64,000 nt of DNA from Leptogorgia sarmentosa (Eukaryota): assembly GCA_964658305.1 (NCBI GenBank), contig OZ210885.1:5828001-5892000 (forward strand), given 5' to 3'. The notes below the pieces were generated by a model. It worked only from the letters and a program-made list of their open reading frames with translations. It was not told the DNA's origin and did no database searches. Positions 11,802 to 25,500 of this stretch are shown here, one piece after another (position 1 is the stretch's first letter; each line of letters starts with the position of its first letter). The position numbers were made by a program, and so were the translations under genes.

Positions 11802-12743
11802 ATGGCAAATAACTCGTCGCATTTCTCTGCGATACCAAATGAGTTTCTCATTCCGTCCGTTGTGTTTAAATTCTTCGCAATGATTATTGGAGTTTTGGGA
11901 AATATCACAGTTATAATTCATACAATTTTCACGTGCAAAGAAAAGACAGCGACATCTTACTTGGTTGGAAACCTGGCACTGGCAGATCTTCTCGTGTGTT
12001 TAACATTTTATCCAATATGGATCGTTGAATTTATACAGACTATATTAAACACCGATAGTGATCAGGACTTGTTTTGCAAGTTAAGTCGTCCCACAATAGA
12101 AGCATTACTGTTCGCTTCAATAGCCACACTTCTCGCAATAACCGTTGATCGATGTTTCTTTATTGTAAAACCTCTCAAATATCCGATGATTGTGACCAAA
12201 CGACGAGTTTTTGTAGCTATTTCAAGTATTTGGTTAACTGCCTGCTGTGTTTTTACTGTTTCAATTGTTAATACAAGAAAATTCAACGCAAGATTAAGGA
12301 ACTTCTGTTACATTGATGATACCCTGAGATACTTCCAACAAACAATTTTTCTCTACATTCCACTGACTTTAATAGTAATTCTCAATGTTTGGATTTTAAT
12401 CGTTGCGGAGAAACAACGAAAACGTATTTTGGCTGAAACAGCAAACAACACGAGAGATATGAATCGATTTTTCCACGCTCATAAAGCAGTTAAAACATTT
12501 TCCATCGTTGTTGCAATTTTGACTGTCTGCGTTTTAACACCAACAGTGGTTGGGACGGTGTTAAATAATTCATGTAGTGATTCATGTCAACGTTTGTGGT
12601 TCGTAGTTTTTAACTATGAATTTTATGGAATAAACTCAATTGTCAATGCGTTCATCTATGGAATAAGACATATCAAATACAGAAAAGCTCCTGGACAGAT
12701 CCTCCTTAGGATACTTCGATGCAATAAACTCACTAACGAATAA
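11802..12743 (+). CDS. Single-exon class A (rhodopsin-like) orphan GPCR, 313 aa
   Basis: Seven hydrophobic segments; GN in TM1, NLALADL in TM2, DRC at the DRY position, KPLKY in ICL2, KAVKT before TM6, NSIVNAFIY at the NPxxY position; N-terminal N-glycosylation sequon (NSS). Confidence 0.92.
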   Translation: MANNSSHFSAIPNEFLIPSVVFKFFAMIIGVLGNITVIIHTIFTCKEKTATSYLVGNLALADLLVCLTFYPIWIVEFIQTILNTDSDQDLFCKLSRPTIEALLFASIATLLAITVDRCFFIVKPLKYPMIVTKRRVFVAISSIWLTACCVFTVSIVNTRKFNARLRNFCYIDDTLRYFQQTIFLYIPLTLIVILNVWILIVAEKQRKRILAETANNTRDMNRFFHAHKAVKTFSIVVAILTVCVLTPTVVGTVLNNSCSDSCQRLWFVVFNYEFYGINSIVNAFIYGIRHIKYRKAPGQILLRILRCNKLTNE

Positions 12744-14710
12744 AGAACTCTGGTCCAAAATTTCAGGAACATACAGAAACCTTTCCTTGAAAAATGAAAC
12801 AAACATTTATTGCTAATTCAAAACAAAACTGTTGTCGACATAGGCGTACGGGCTACATTTTTTCTGAGGGGGGGGGGGGGGGGAGGGGCAGAAAGATTTT
12901 TGACCGAATTTGGCGGTTGCGAATTCTCACGGTTGGCGCCTCGGGAGAACATTTTAAACATTTAGCACCTCTATGTACGATAGGAAAATTCACTCTATTG
13001 AGTACAGATGATTGCTGAAGGATACATCATGCGCCTCAGAGTGTCCCTGCCAGGGACAACGTTAATATATATATATATATATATATATATACTGCATTAT
13101 TGATTTATTTAATATATTGTTGAACACATCGAACAGATTCGATTAAGACAAAGATTCTTGTCGAACTAATTAATAAGAATAAACATTAATTTTAGAGTTG
13201 ATCGTTTGAAAAACCTTGAAATCAACATTAATTTTATTGGCAAACATATTCTAGACACCTGTAAATACATTTTAGTATATCAAACGAGGGTGATCCTACC
13301 GTATAAATTTTGAGGGCCACAGATTAAACCTTGGAAATGCTTTAAATTTGCATAATAGACGATTTACTGTTTATTGCTGCTTTTTAAACCAACTGCCTCA
13401 TTACCGTGTGGTTATTTTGTCATGCTTTTTTTTGTTATCAGGGGAGTGGATGCATTTACAATAATGTTCAAAATCAGGGAGACGTTGTTGTTTATTAATT
13501 ATGTAGCATATGTGTACGTCACTGAGCTAGACTGACATCACCAAGAAAGACTGGGGAGAGTGCACTCTTTGAAGCCAAAAGCATGGCGGATTTTACCGTT
13601 CCTGACGCCACTGGTTCTTATTGCTTGCGATGCGTAGCATAGAAAGCTTTAAATTCGGCATTTTTTTTATTTATTTTTTTTTTTTAATCGTGTTGTAGAC
13701 AACAGTCTCCCGCTCGGCCAACCGCTAAAACTACCAGCAACTCATTATTATTCAGTTTTAAACGACCAAGGACACTCGCGATTGCGTCCCCGATTTTCTG
13801 GAGGGTAGTTGATATTTCAGGTGTCAATACGTGTACAACTTTCAAATGAGATGTGAATTTGTTTGCCGTTTGCGATTTATAGCTTGCCGTAAATGTCACT
13901 GGGCTAACTGTTAACCAAATGTAAAGCAAGAGCAGCTGTAAGAACTTTCAATAAAATGTCTTGGCCAAAAGCAAGAGATTACTATATATCAAGAGAGATA
14001 CAAAATATTAGCCAAAATAATCTGGCTAGTAAGTCGAACCAAACAAATACTGAACTTGCTTGCCGTCTTCTGTCGATTTAGCGCTGGGTAATTAGCGCCG
14101 GCCCGTAATCTGACCCTAACCTATCGAGAAATCAGCAATGCTAAGCTGTGATGCTTTCTTGTTGAACCGCTGTCTAATTTTATGCTAATCGCGGGCGCCG
14201 GCAAAGAACGCCCGGGATGTAGTAAAACCCGCACGTCATAGTGTCACGTAATGTACCAACTTCTTTCGTCTAGAACTCAGGCCGCTCAGTTCGCTCTTGT
14301 GTCAAGTCAAATGCAATTCAAATAATGGATAATTAGACGAGTAAGTCACGAGTTGACTGTTTATTTTTTGTTTGAAATGCATTTGATTCGACAAAAGTTT
14401 GACGTCTAAACTTGAGCCTCATATTTAGTTGCACAGTTGTGTAGTACATACAGGATCTTTGACGATCAACACTGACTGTAACCGCATCGCAAGCTAACGC
14501 CAGAGCGGGCGTCTTGTTTCTCACATAATTTCCACTGACCAACAGCGGTCTCATGTTTCCGACGACGATTCTCCCTCTTGTTTTCGTAAAAAAAAGCCGA
14601 AATTTTGTTTTTATATTGAAAAAATCGAGACGAAAAGGCCAAATTTTTGCACGGCTGAAACGGTTTCACAATTCACAATCCTTATAAATAAAAAAGCAGA
14701 ATATCTGTGT

Positions 14711-15200
14711 CATGGGCGTACGGGCCGGGGGGGGGGGGGGGCACGGGGGGCCTGTGCCCCCCCCCCCCCCCCCAAAACCGTTCACGGTCGGGCAATTGAG
14801 CTCGAATCGTTCGGGCAAACATAACTCCACCATAGTTGATAGAATATTAACTTTATTAGACAATATAACATCAACAATACGATGAAAATTATTATCCTCT
14901 AAAACATCCTATATGAAGTATTCTAATTCCAAAGCTCAAGTATTTCAGATCAAATATGTATTACATAACGAAAGAGGTATAATATGACACCTTGAAAATG
15001 CCATTTCCGACGATCTAGAGACCCATAATATTTAAAATTTTCTCGCTCGGCGCCAACCATGGTGGCGCCTCGTCAGCTTCGCCCTCCCTCTTCTGTCAGC
15101 CTCCCCCCCCCCCCCCCCCCCACTTCAAATTTCGTTCCACAGGTCCTGTCGGGCAAACAATAATGGCCCCCCCAAACAAGATAGGGCCCGTACGCCCATG
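14711..15200. mobile_element. Non-autonomous hAT-like element with G/C homopolymer tracts
   Basis: TIR catgggcgtacgggcc / ggcccgtacgcccatg; 8-bp TSD atctgtgt at 14703-14710 and 15201-15208. Confidence 0.85.
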
Positions 15201-16597
15201 ATCTGTGTCGCTTAATTTTTAACTAACTAGAATAGAAGTCGCCACTTCCTCAGTTCTTCTCATCAATCTAAATTTTAAAATGGCCTCTACTACGCACGAT
15301 TAAGGAATAGAAAACATTTTCCATGTTCACATCGAGTTATGTAAACATAAGTGCAAGTCTGGGAGAACGAGACATGTGTGGAAACACAAGCCCGAAAGGC
15401 GAGTAACTCAATATAAACATAGGAAAATGTTTTCTATTACTATTATAAAATAACACGATGACAAAAGCGGAATAACGCAATAGCGAGAAGCATATTATAT
15501 ATGTTTACATACTCTCACTTCAACACGGCTGTTAGCCAATCACGCACGCGCACTATTTTTTACTTACTTCCGGTTATTATATAAATAAAATTATCAAATT
15601 ACTCAACTACCCAACGACGAGTATTTGGAAGGTAGTAGAGAAAAACTTCATCATAAAACAAGCCTCTCATGTGACTGTCGCTAACTATGTGCGAGGTTTC
15701 GGGACCGAATTTTCAATTTCGCTAACAAAATACGTAACGAAAAAATATTTTCGACGAGTATTTATATGGAAAATTTTGTGGTGCATCATGATAATCCGTC
15801 TTAATGCTATAGTAGCCCGAGAATAATTAAATGCATTTAATTATCCAGATCGAATTATAGTCGATTAATTACACCATACTGTAAAAGTCTCAAGTATGTA
15901 AAACACTCAAGACAATAAAAACCACTCGGCCGTGCCGGCCTCGTGCTTTCATTGCCTTTCGTGTTTTACAAACTCTCGAGAACAATAAAAATCGCTTGGT
16001 GAACAGTCGAGTTAATTCAATTATTCTCGCGTGTTTGGAAACCCCGGTAAAACACTCGCACTCGTTTATGAAATATTATACTTAATGGCTGCATGACAAC
16101 CGTTCGGTGTAATGTTGGTGTAATGTTAACAATTCGGAGACGCCTGGGTACGATAGTGCAATGGCAAGAATATTTTCATGAGGTGAAAGATGGAATGTTC
16201 TATTCAACGAGGGGAAGCCGAATTGAATGGAACATCCATCTTTCACTGAATGAAAATATTCTTACCTTTGCACGAATAAATAGGCTATTGCTTTTCTAGA
16301 GAACAGTTTTTAAAAAACTATTATAATAAACAATGTAAATAAACTGCGATCACTGTGCGAAAAGCATTTATGGAGTATTGCACTTTGAAAGGTTTGCGAT
16401 AATAGAATTAAAACTACAAACTTCAAAATAACATTATTTTCACGATGCAAATTTTCAAAGAATTAATTAAAGACCACTTTGTTTTACGTTTTACTGTTGT
16501 AACCACCCCTAAAAATTAACATACATGTTTCATAGTTCTGGAATTACAGTTCCATGCCTAACAACCCAACAAACAAACCAAGGAAAGATCGAGAGAT

Positions 16598-19500
16598 TTA
16601 AAAAACGGGACTTGAGGGTTCAGTAATGCGGGCAGAATTCTCATGTCGACTTGACGAGGTGGCTTGTCTCCCCCCGTGAGACGTTGTCGCCTTTGAACAA
16701 TTTTCAGAATGCTCTATCGCCCCCTTGCAGGTTCTTAAATGTCTTTTCATATTGCATTTCTGTGTGAATCTTGTACAACAAAAGTCACATTTGAATGGTT
16801 TAAGTCCATAGTGTAGTTGTCTGTGTACTGCCAATGAGTTGAGATTTGCCAATGTTTTGTTGCATCTCTCGCACGTTAGGTCTGACGTTACTGCTTCAAC
16901 TTTTGGCTTCACCGGCGAAGTCTTTGGTTTTTCTTTCGTTGGTTTCCGTGTAGTGGTAGTGGTGGTAGTGGTGGTAGTGGTGGTGGTAGTGCTTGCCCCT
17001 TGATGAATGTACCTAAATGTCAAAGACATTCATTATTACAGGCAGCTCAGGCCAAGTCCAAACTAACTCGTTTTCAAATCGCCTCGGTTTTGACGAATGA
17101 CGAGGTAAAAACGCATACAAGTATCTGCGTACACACTAGCGCGGTTTCGGGTCGTTTTCTACTGTTCACACTACGGTAAGACAACGATCATTATTTGTTC
17201 TTTTTTCCGGTGCGCATGGCCACAACAAGGCCAGAATGGCCGCATACTGACACTGCTGACGAATTTAAATAAATCAACTAGTTCATGACGTAGCGTTTTT
17301 AAAAGCCCTCGTTTTTGCCTGCCACACTAATCCAAAACGCCTCCGTTTTGAAAAGTCTCCACTTTCAAAGCTGTTTTAAAAAAGATCCGTTTTTATGAAC
17401 CAACACATCCGTTTTCCATCGTATTAATGTGGATGATCGGTGGAAACGCACAGAAAAGTATCCGTTTTCAAACGAAAACGGATTAGTATCCTCAATGATC
17501 TCAAAAATTTAAAATATATGTTTCTGATAGAGCGAGAGGTTGGTACTGGAGGTTTTGTCGATGTTATACAAAGCGACTTTCAACGACAATTCCCACCGCA
17601 ATGGGCTGCTTAACCAATCAAATCTCGTGCAACTTTATTTGCCTCGCGAATCGTCGTTGAAAATCATCCTGCGTAACATCAGCGTTAATAAAGAGCTTAA
17701 CCATCTCACGTTTTTGACTCAAGGCGAAACTAGAGCGTTAATTGGCGGGGGGGGGGGGGGGGCGTTGTATATTTATTTATAATTTATTTAAAACATCTCT
17801 CGTCCCAAGGATACTTACTTCATGTGTTTGGCTAAATTGGTGACGTGACTGAACATTTTATCACAAAGTTCACAGGGAATATGGTAGTTTTTATGTGACC
17901 TCCGATGAACCTTGAGATACCAAGCGCTTGTGAAGTTTTCTCCACACGTGGTGCATTCAAACGGATGTTCCAGCTTAATTTCTCGCAAAACTTTAGTGTC
18001 TCTTGCAGCCCTAGCAGGTCTCATCTCCCTCGTCGGTTTAACGTCTTTTCGAGATTTATTTTCCGGCGGAATATCAGATTTTGAATTATCGCCACTTTTT
18101 GGTAAATCTGTTTCCTCTTTCTTCCCAACGCATCTTAAATACCTGTATTGAAATGATCATTACAACAATGAAAATAATTATTACGACTTCTCCAATAATA
18201 GCAATAATGTGGATTTGCCCAATTTACGAAAAGGCCTATATGACCATAGATAATCGAAGGGATGGACTAAAATCGCTTTGAACTAAAATTTCTTTCTGAA
18301 TAGAAACAGTGAAACGGACAAAATTCATTAGCTCTGATGGACTGCACACATTTTAAGAGAAAGCATTTAAAAAGAAATCCATGCAGATTAAACTTTGATA
18401 TTTGTAACTTGAACTTTCTTTTTACCAATTTCCAGGTACATTTCTTCACTTTTGAAGATTTTGAGCATTTTTATAACGGTTGGAAGAAATCGCTATCCAG
18501 CGTATGGCGCGCTATCCTACACTCAATAACTCAGGCCCGTTTCAGACGTCGAACTTTTCATGTGCCGAACTTAATGTTTATTAGGTTCGACCAAGCTCGA
18601 CCAAGCCCGACCAGAGCAGTCATACTTAACGTTTAGGTCGAGCTTAACATTTAGGTCAAACCTAATTCGTTTCATACGTCGAACTTATCATGTGCTTCAT
18701 TAAAACAATTAAGTTCGGCACATGAAAAGTTAGACGTCTGGAACGGGCCTCGCCCTCATTTGGCTAAAGGTTCTGCACCAGAAACGAAATACAAGGTATA
18801 TATATACACACATTATGTACGGTGCTTGAAGCGAGCTGAGTCCTGGATTGGACGCCGTTTCGGCAAAAATTAGTAAAAATTCATTCACTTTAATTTAGTG
18901 CATCAATTCTTATTTACATACAGAATGAACATTATAGCGACTAACATGCTATGGAAACAAACAAACTTGCGTTTGAAATTGAGGCTAAATAATGTTCTGC
19001 ATTATTCCTTCATTCATGAAAAGAAAAAATGCGCACATCCAGCGAAAACAAGATTTATATAAGCTGCCTGTGCCGTTTTATAAGTAATTCAAAATTTGGT
19101 TATATTTTCATGTTACGCAGTGACGGAAACGCTTAGGGTTAGATAGGGATAGGGTTAGGCATTACCCTTGAAATTAATGTTATGGTTGGGGGGATAGGAT
19201 GTTATTGAAATGAATTAGTGTGCGTAACATGAAAATATAACCAAAAATCTCGATTGCCATATTTCTTGTCTTCCACTTTAAATACAGAAAATTTTCATTT
19301 TTAATCTCGAACCCACCTCACAAACATACGTCAGCGGGTGAGTTCTAGATTCGACGCACTTTCCGGTAGCCGCTAAAACTGTAGATTTGGTAAAATTTTT
19401 CTTACCTAACATGTTTGGAAAGTCCTGACCTTGTCATAAATATCTTCCCACAATCATCACATGTATTGAGTTCTTTATTCTTTTCCTTGTGAACTCTGAA

Positions 19501-22500
19501 AAAAACACACCGAATTGATGCACTCTTATTAAAATAAAAGATAAATTGTAATTGACCACAGGAAAAAAGATGGCGGCATTTACCAGAATGCACTGCGGTC
19601 TGAAATTGTTCACAAAAGCAGATTAACGTTTTCTGAAGAACAGACAGAAGGCATTAAGTTATTTCTTACTAGTGTTTAAATTTCTATCCAGTAGCTATGC
19701 TTCATGCAATATTTATTCAGCCATTAAAGGGTTATTGACTGAGCGTGAGGTCTGTACTGTGAAATAACAGACAGAGATTTTTTAGTATGGACCGAGCGAC
19801 GAAGGAGCGAGGTAAATGCAAAAAAACTGAGGTCCATATTCTACAGTACAGAACGAACAAGCGAGGTCAGTAATATACGTTTATTATATGGCTGAATTGA
19901 GTCTTTGAACGTAAGAATTATATGCTTTTCGCGCGAATTAAATCGACTATCATCAGTTTCGCTGGGTAACAGTACGGCAAACATACATGCTCAATAAGAA
20001 AACAATTCCGTTGTTTGAAATTTTTATCTGTAAATTTTAAATTGGAAAATTAAAAAGCAAAAATATTTTCTGTTTGAAAAGCGAAATTTCCCGCGAGATA
20101 AACGACATCCGGGACACCGGTCCAGATACGGAAAATACGGACCACGGTCCGGACATGAGTTTTTACGGACCGCTTGTCAACCAATCAGAATAGAGAATTT
20201 TGAAAAGCCATATAATCATGTACTTAATACCCGCAATGCATTCTGGTAAAATGTACATGCCGCCATCTTTTTTGCTATGGCCAATTGTTACGACGGCTTA
20301 GCGATTCAACTTCGCTCTCGAGTTTAATCACATTATACTTTCCGAATACAGGGTGTATCGAGATCTTACCTCATGTGTCTATTTAACTGAAAGTGATTTT
20401 GGAAAGGCCGTTGACATTCCAAACATTCATATTTCTTTTCATGTACTTGTGGTGGAGCCACATGTGTGGTAGAACTCGCGCGTGGTTGTGGGGCGGAACT
20501 AACGGTTGCTGTCCCAGTAGCGACTGCGGGAGTCGCCGCTGATTGAGTTGCATTTGTTTTCACCGCGCATTTACCATGGAATGTCTTTCTGTGTTTACTA
20601 AGGTTGCCCGCACTAGAGAATACGCAGGAACAATTAGCGCACGAATAAATCCGAGTATCGCCCGAATGTTGCTGTAAATGTTGAATGTATAATTCACGAC
20701 TTGAAAACGAGGCTTGGTTACACCCACGACGCCGACATGAAAACTTTTCCTTCGTGGAAAGATGGTCTGTCGCACTTTTCTCTGCATGTGCCTGTTTGCA
20801 GTGACGGGCTAAATTACCTGCAAGGGAAAAATGTAATATTTAGACATTATATTCTAGAAGTTTGTTAGCTCGGCCAAAAGCTCTCGTGTGCGGCGGGATT
20901 AAACTAACGAGCACGCAAACTTCCAGTTGGCCCCGGTAGTTTAACACACTCACGCATCTAGCACTAAATTTATTTAAAAATCATCGGCTGACAACAGGAT
21001 GTTGTTGGTGCAATACACTTTCACCCCAAACATCGTTCTTATATCTCAATTACGATCTTCGAAAATAATTGAGCATAAGGTATATGGACCACAATCGCTC
21101 AAGCTGAACAAAACAGGTACAGACGCAAATTGGGGAGAGCCAAACATTTGCTGCAGACCGGTATAAATACTATATACTTATTTCAGAAAGCCTACCTCTT
21201 TGGGTGAATGTTTTGTCACAATATTTACAGGTAAACGGTCGAATGCCTTTGTGAACAACGGCTTGATGTCGACGTAAGAGGTTTTTCTGAGCAAACACAT
21301 CCCCACAATCGCCGCATTTGATTGGTACAATACTCACGTGCTTCTTGCGGTGTATCTAGAATACAAGGAGATACCCAGTTACTACAAGAAGGTTATTGAA
21401 GATTACCGGCATCGCTAAATTCATGAATTATGTCGATATGTTGAGGTTTGCACTATGTTTTATTACTTATTTGTATTTTCATCAGACTTCGGGCAAACGC
21501 TTGTATTGTAAATAAAAAACCTTTTCTTTTAAAGAACCCATTTGTATTTTCCCGCTTTCGGCATAAGCTGCATAAACACCAAAATTACGTCATAATGACG
21601 AGATCCATGGGTCAAATTCAGCCAATGGAAAGAGAAAACTCTCCTTATTGACGTCACTTTGGTGCAAATTTGTCCACAGGGACGGATTACAGATTTGCAC
21701 TGTGATAACACAAAATTGCACTGTGACAACACAAAATTGCACTGTGATAATACAAAATTGCACTGTGATTACACAAAATTGCACTGTGATAACAGAAAAT
21801 TGCACTGTGATTACACAAAATTGCACTGTGATTACACAAAATTGCATTGTGATAACACAAAATTGCACTGTGATAACACAAAATTGCACGGTGATAACAC
21901 TAAATTGCACTGTGATTACACAAAATTGCATTGTGATAACACAAAATTGCACTGTGATTACACAAAATTGCACTGTGATTACACAAAATTGCACTGTGAT
22001 AACAGAAAATTGCACTGTGATTACACAAAATTGCACTGTGATTACACAAAATTGCACTGTGGTTTGGGATTAACTACACTGAAATGAACCAATCACAGTC
22101 GAGTAACACTTTTATGTATATTATTAATATGGAAATAATTGTGGCGGGCGATGTAAACTGTTTTTTGTGTGCATAAGTACACACAGTACATCACAGGAAG
22201 TGCCCACTCAAAGACTACAAAAGTGTCCCCCGCAATACAATAAAACCTTCAAGACATACCTCCAGGAACTTTTGTGTCAGAAAACTCTCCGGGCATTCTG
22301 AACACTTGAACGAACGCTTGTCCCGCTTTGGAAAGCCAAGTTTTTCATGTTTCTTTTCATGTTTACGAAGGTTACTGATACTGGAGAAAACTTTGGAGCA
22401 AAGGTTACATGTTACACGAGATGACTCGTTGTGAAATGTCATGTGTTCCTTCAAATATGAACTGGTGTAGACCTTCATACATATTGGACATTCCGCTATG

Positions 22501-25500
22501 TGATCTGTTTCCATGTGATCCTGTCTTTCGTCCATCGTAGCGAAACTACTTCTGCAGCTCGTGCACCTGAAAAGCATAAAAATTTAATTTAATAGATGAT
22601 TTCCAATTTTAGTACTTCGGAGCGCGTTGCATTGTGGTTTTAGTGGTATCGCGCATATTCAAGGCAACAGGGTTGATGGAAATAATGAACAAAAATGGCA
22701 AAAATGATGTTGTTGGTAGCAGGTATAGCTACATCTGACCGTAGCTTTTCTAAGACCCCGCGTTTATACGGTTTGCACATTATACAACATTTCGCTCCCA
22801 AACTTTGCATTTCTACTAATTTTGGGATGCTTTTTAACGCTGTTGCTATGAATTGTACTATTTCGAGATTCTAAAAAATTTTGTCTATTATACAATCGGT
22901 CCATTCTTTACAAATCAAACAGTCTTCATTAATTTACCTGTCTTGAAACAGAAATGCATTGCAAGTTGTAAGAAAAATTGCATCGTGTGACAGAGCCTTA
23001 ACTACATAAGACAATAAACACTCACTTATACATTCTTTTCCCACCAGCTTTATCTCTTCCATTCAACAGCCTGATTCCGTTTTTCAAACGGTTTTCTAAA
23101 CCATTCATAATGTAAACAATTATTATACATTCTCCCAGTGGCGTAACTAAAGGGGGGGGGGGGGGGGAATCTGTCGGAAAATGTCACCTGTCGGAAATTT
23201 GAGAAGCTATCAAAATAGTATATTACATATATATTGAACTAGAAGTTGCTGCGCAAGGAAAATACCTGAACCAAAGTTTAAATCATTCATAATCCTCATT
23301 AAACGATACCCATTTAGTAAACACGACAATGAGAATACGAGAATATCCGTTCGTCGTATTCCATTGACCGGTTGCAAATCCATCAGCACATTTCCGTTTG
23401 CGTGCGGCAATCGGTGATTTGCGCTTGAAACATTATACCCTAGCTAGACGATCTTGTCGATGAAATGCGGTGGTAGTTGTTATTCATTCAGTCGCTTTTG
23501 TGAGCTAACACAAACTTTGCAAATATTTTGGTCAAGCGTATATACATATACATAGTTGGTTTTCAGCTGGGAATATATCACGATTCACGGCGGACTGCGG
23601 AGACGACTTGTAGCGCAGAACAATGTATAATTATCTATACAAAAAACATGACCACGCCCTTATGGCCACGCCCATTTGTCGGAAAATTTTACGCCGCTGC
23701 ATTCTCCTGCAAAAAGGGTCCGTGTTAGATCATATAGAGTCAACGTACCATATAAAATTTTGTCTTCAAATTTCACGAAAAAAAGTATTAGTTTACTCTA
23801 CCAACCAGTTACTCTACCAGCCTATAACAAGTTTACCTAAGGAACAAAACTGCTTTTGCAAATTTAAATCCATCGTTGACGGTTGACCACAGCTGATATA
23901 TAACTCTTGTCAACAATAGTCATAATTCCGATTTAGTTTGTAACATTGTATTATTATTTAGTTTTAGTTATTTTATTCTTTAGTGTGATAATGTAATATA
24001 TATATAAATGGCAAATAGCTGATTTATTTTTTTCTGCTCGAAGCTACGTATAATAAAACTCATAAGAAATTCCAGTGTTGCGAACTAGATTTGAGATCTG
24101 TTGTGTTTGTTTACTTTGCTACTCTATCGCAAATATGGCTGCTAAACAGCCAAGTGAGAAAAAAACCCTTCAATATTGACGCATTTGCTTCAAAATGACG
24201 CTTTTCCACTCAACATTACTACGAAAAAGGTAAACCTATTAAAATTATTTATTTTCCCGTTCGTTTCACGATACAAACATGGTTAAAATACGCTTTAGAC
24301 ACCGAAATATTTCGCGAGAATGTTTTGTTTTGTTCATACTGATGAGACTTTGTTGATACTTTTCGTCGCTGTAAATACCCCTAAAATATCCGTTAGCATA
24401 ATAAAATGAACCTCCATGTGTTCTTTATCGCCTAAATTCGTTTTGAATGTTTTAAAAAGCGGCCATTCAATTTAAAAAAACTAAAACATTGATTACATTT
24501 CTGCCTACGAGAATGCAAGCGGTCCGTACCGTAGTCGGTAGGATACGGACCGCTCGGCAACCAATCAGAAAGCTCTATTTAGGTTACGGACCGGATTGTA
24601 TTCAAACGGCCCATGAAAATCAGTTTTTATGCTGAAGGTTACCGTTTTTAAATAATAAAATAATAATGTTTTGTTTACGACAGTTTTCAGCGAGCTCAAA
24701 ATTTATAGCCCAGGCGGGGTTGGGCACGCGGTGCGTGCGTTGCTGTTTTAGAGTTCACATCCCGATGCGACACGCGATTTCTTTCGCGTTGGCGATTTCA
24801 AGTTAAAACTTTTGCTTTCCTCAATATTTTTCCAACCTCTACGGTCAGGGTTAGGATTTTAGGGTTTCGGTTGGGATTAGGGAAAATCTTAGCATATACA
24901 AAACTAGTTCGTATCTCATACTAATACTATATTAACGGTAATATTAAAATTCTGACGTCATGGTACGTTAACTCTATGATCTATAACGCCGACTGCAAAA
25001 AAGGGATGACTTATTGGCGCCACTGCACGTCCTAGTGCGCAACCTATTGCGCACCGCACTGCGCATCTTATGGTATTTTTGTTACAAGCTGTTAACTGAC
25101 GTTTTTTAATTAAGGACTACTCTTGTGTTGAGAAAATAAAAATACTAAAAGAAAGCACTAATTGCTAATCGATCGAAAATTAATATTGCCGACTGGGTTT
25201 TACGACTATATGATAGAGAGAAAATTACACGGAGCTGTGAAGATATGAATTTTATCTATATAACATTTATGATAAAATTCATATCTTCGCACCGCCGTCT
25301 AATTCGAAATGGCTGCATGTGTCCTATATAAAGACATTTATTTACACTTACTTGAATCCTCAATGGGTGGATAGTAGGTTTCAGAGACATCGGCTGTCAT
25401 AACGTTGTATGTTGGTCTCATGTCCTCCGTGCTTTCCGTATCGTTACCATCCTCGTTACCATCCGTGGTGACATGATTGTCAAGATGATTTGTCATTTCC

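Noticed and set aside
21590..22087. Repetitive 141-155 aa ORFs and a possible CRISPR-like array
   Set aside because: Contiguous 21-bp tandem repeat with no spacers, inside an intron of a eukaryotic gene; the ORFs are by-products.
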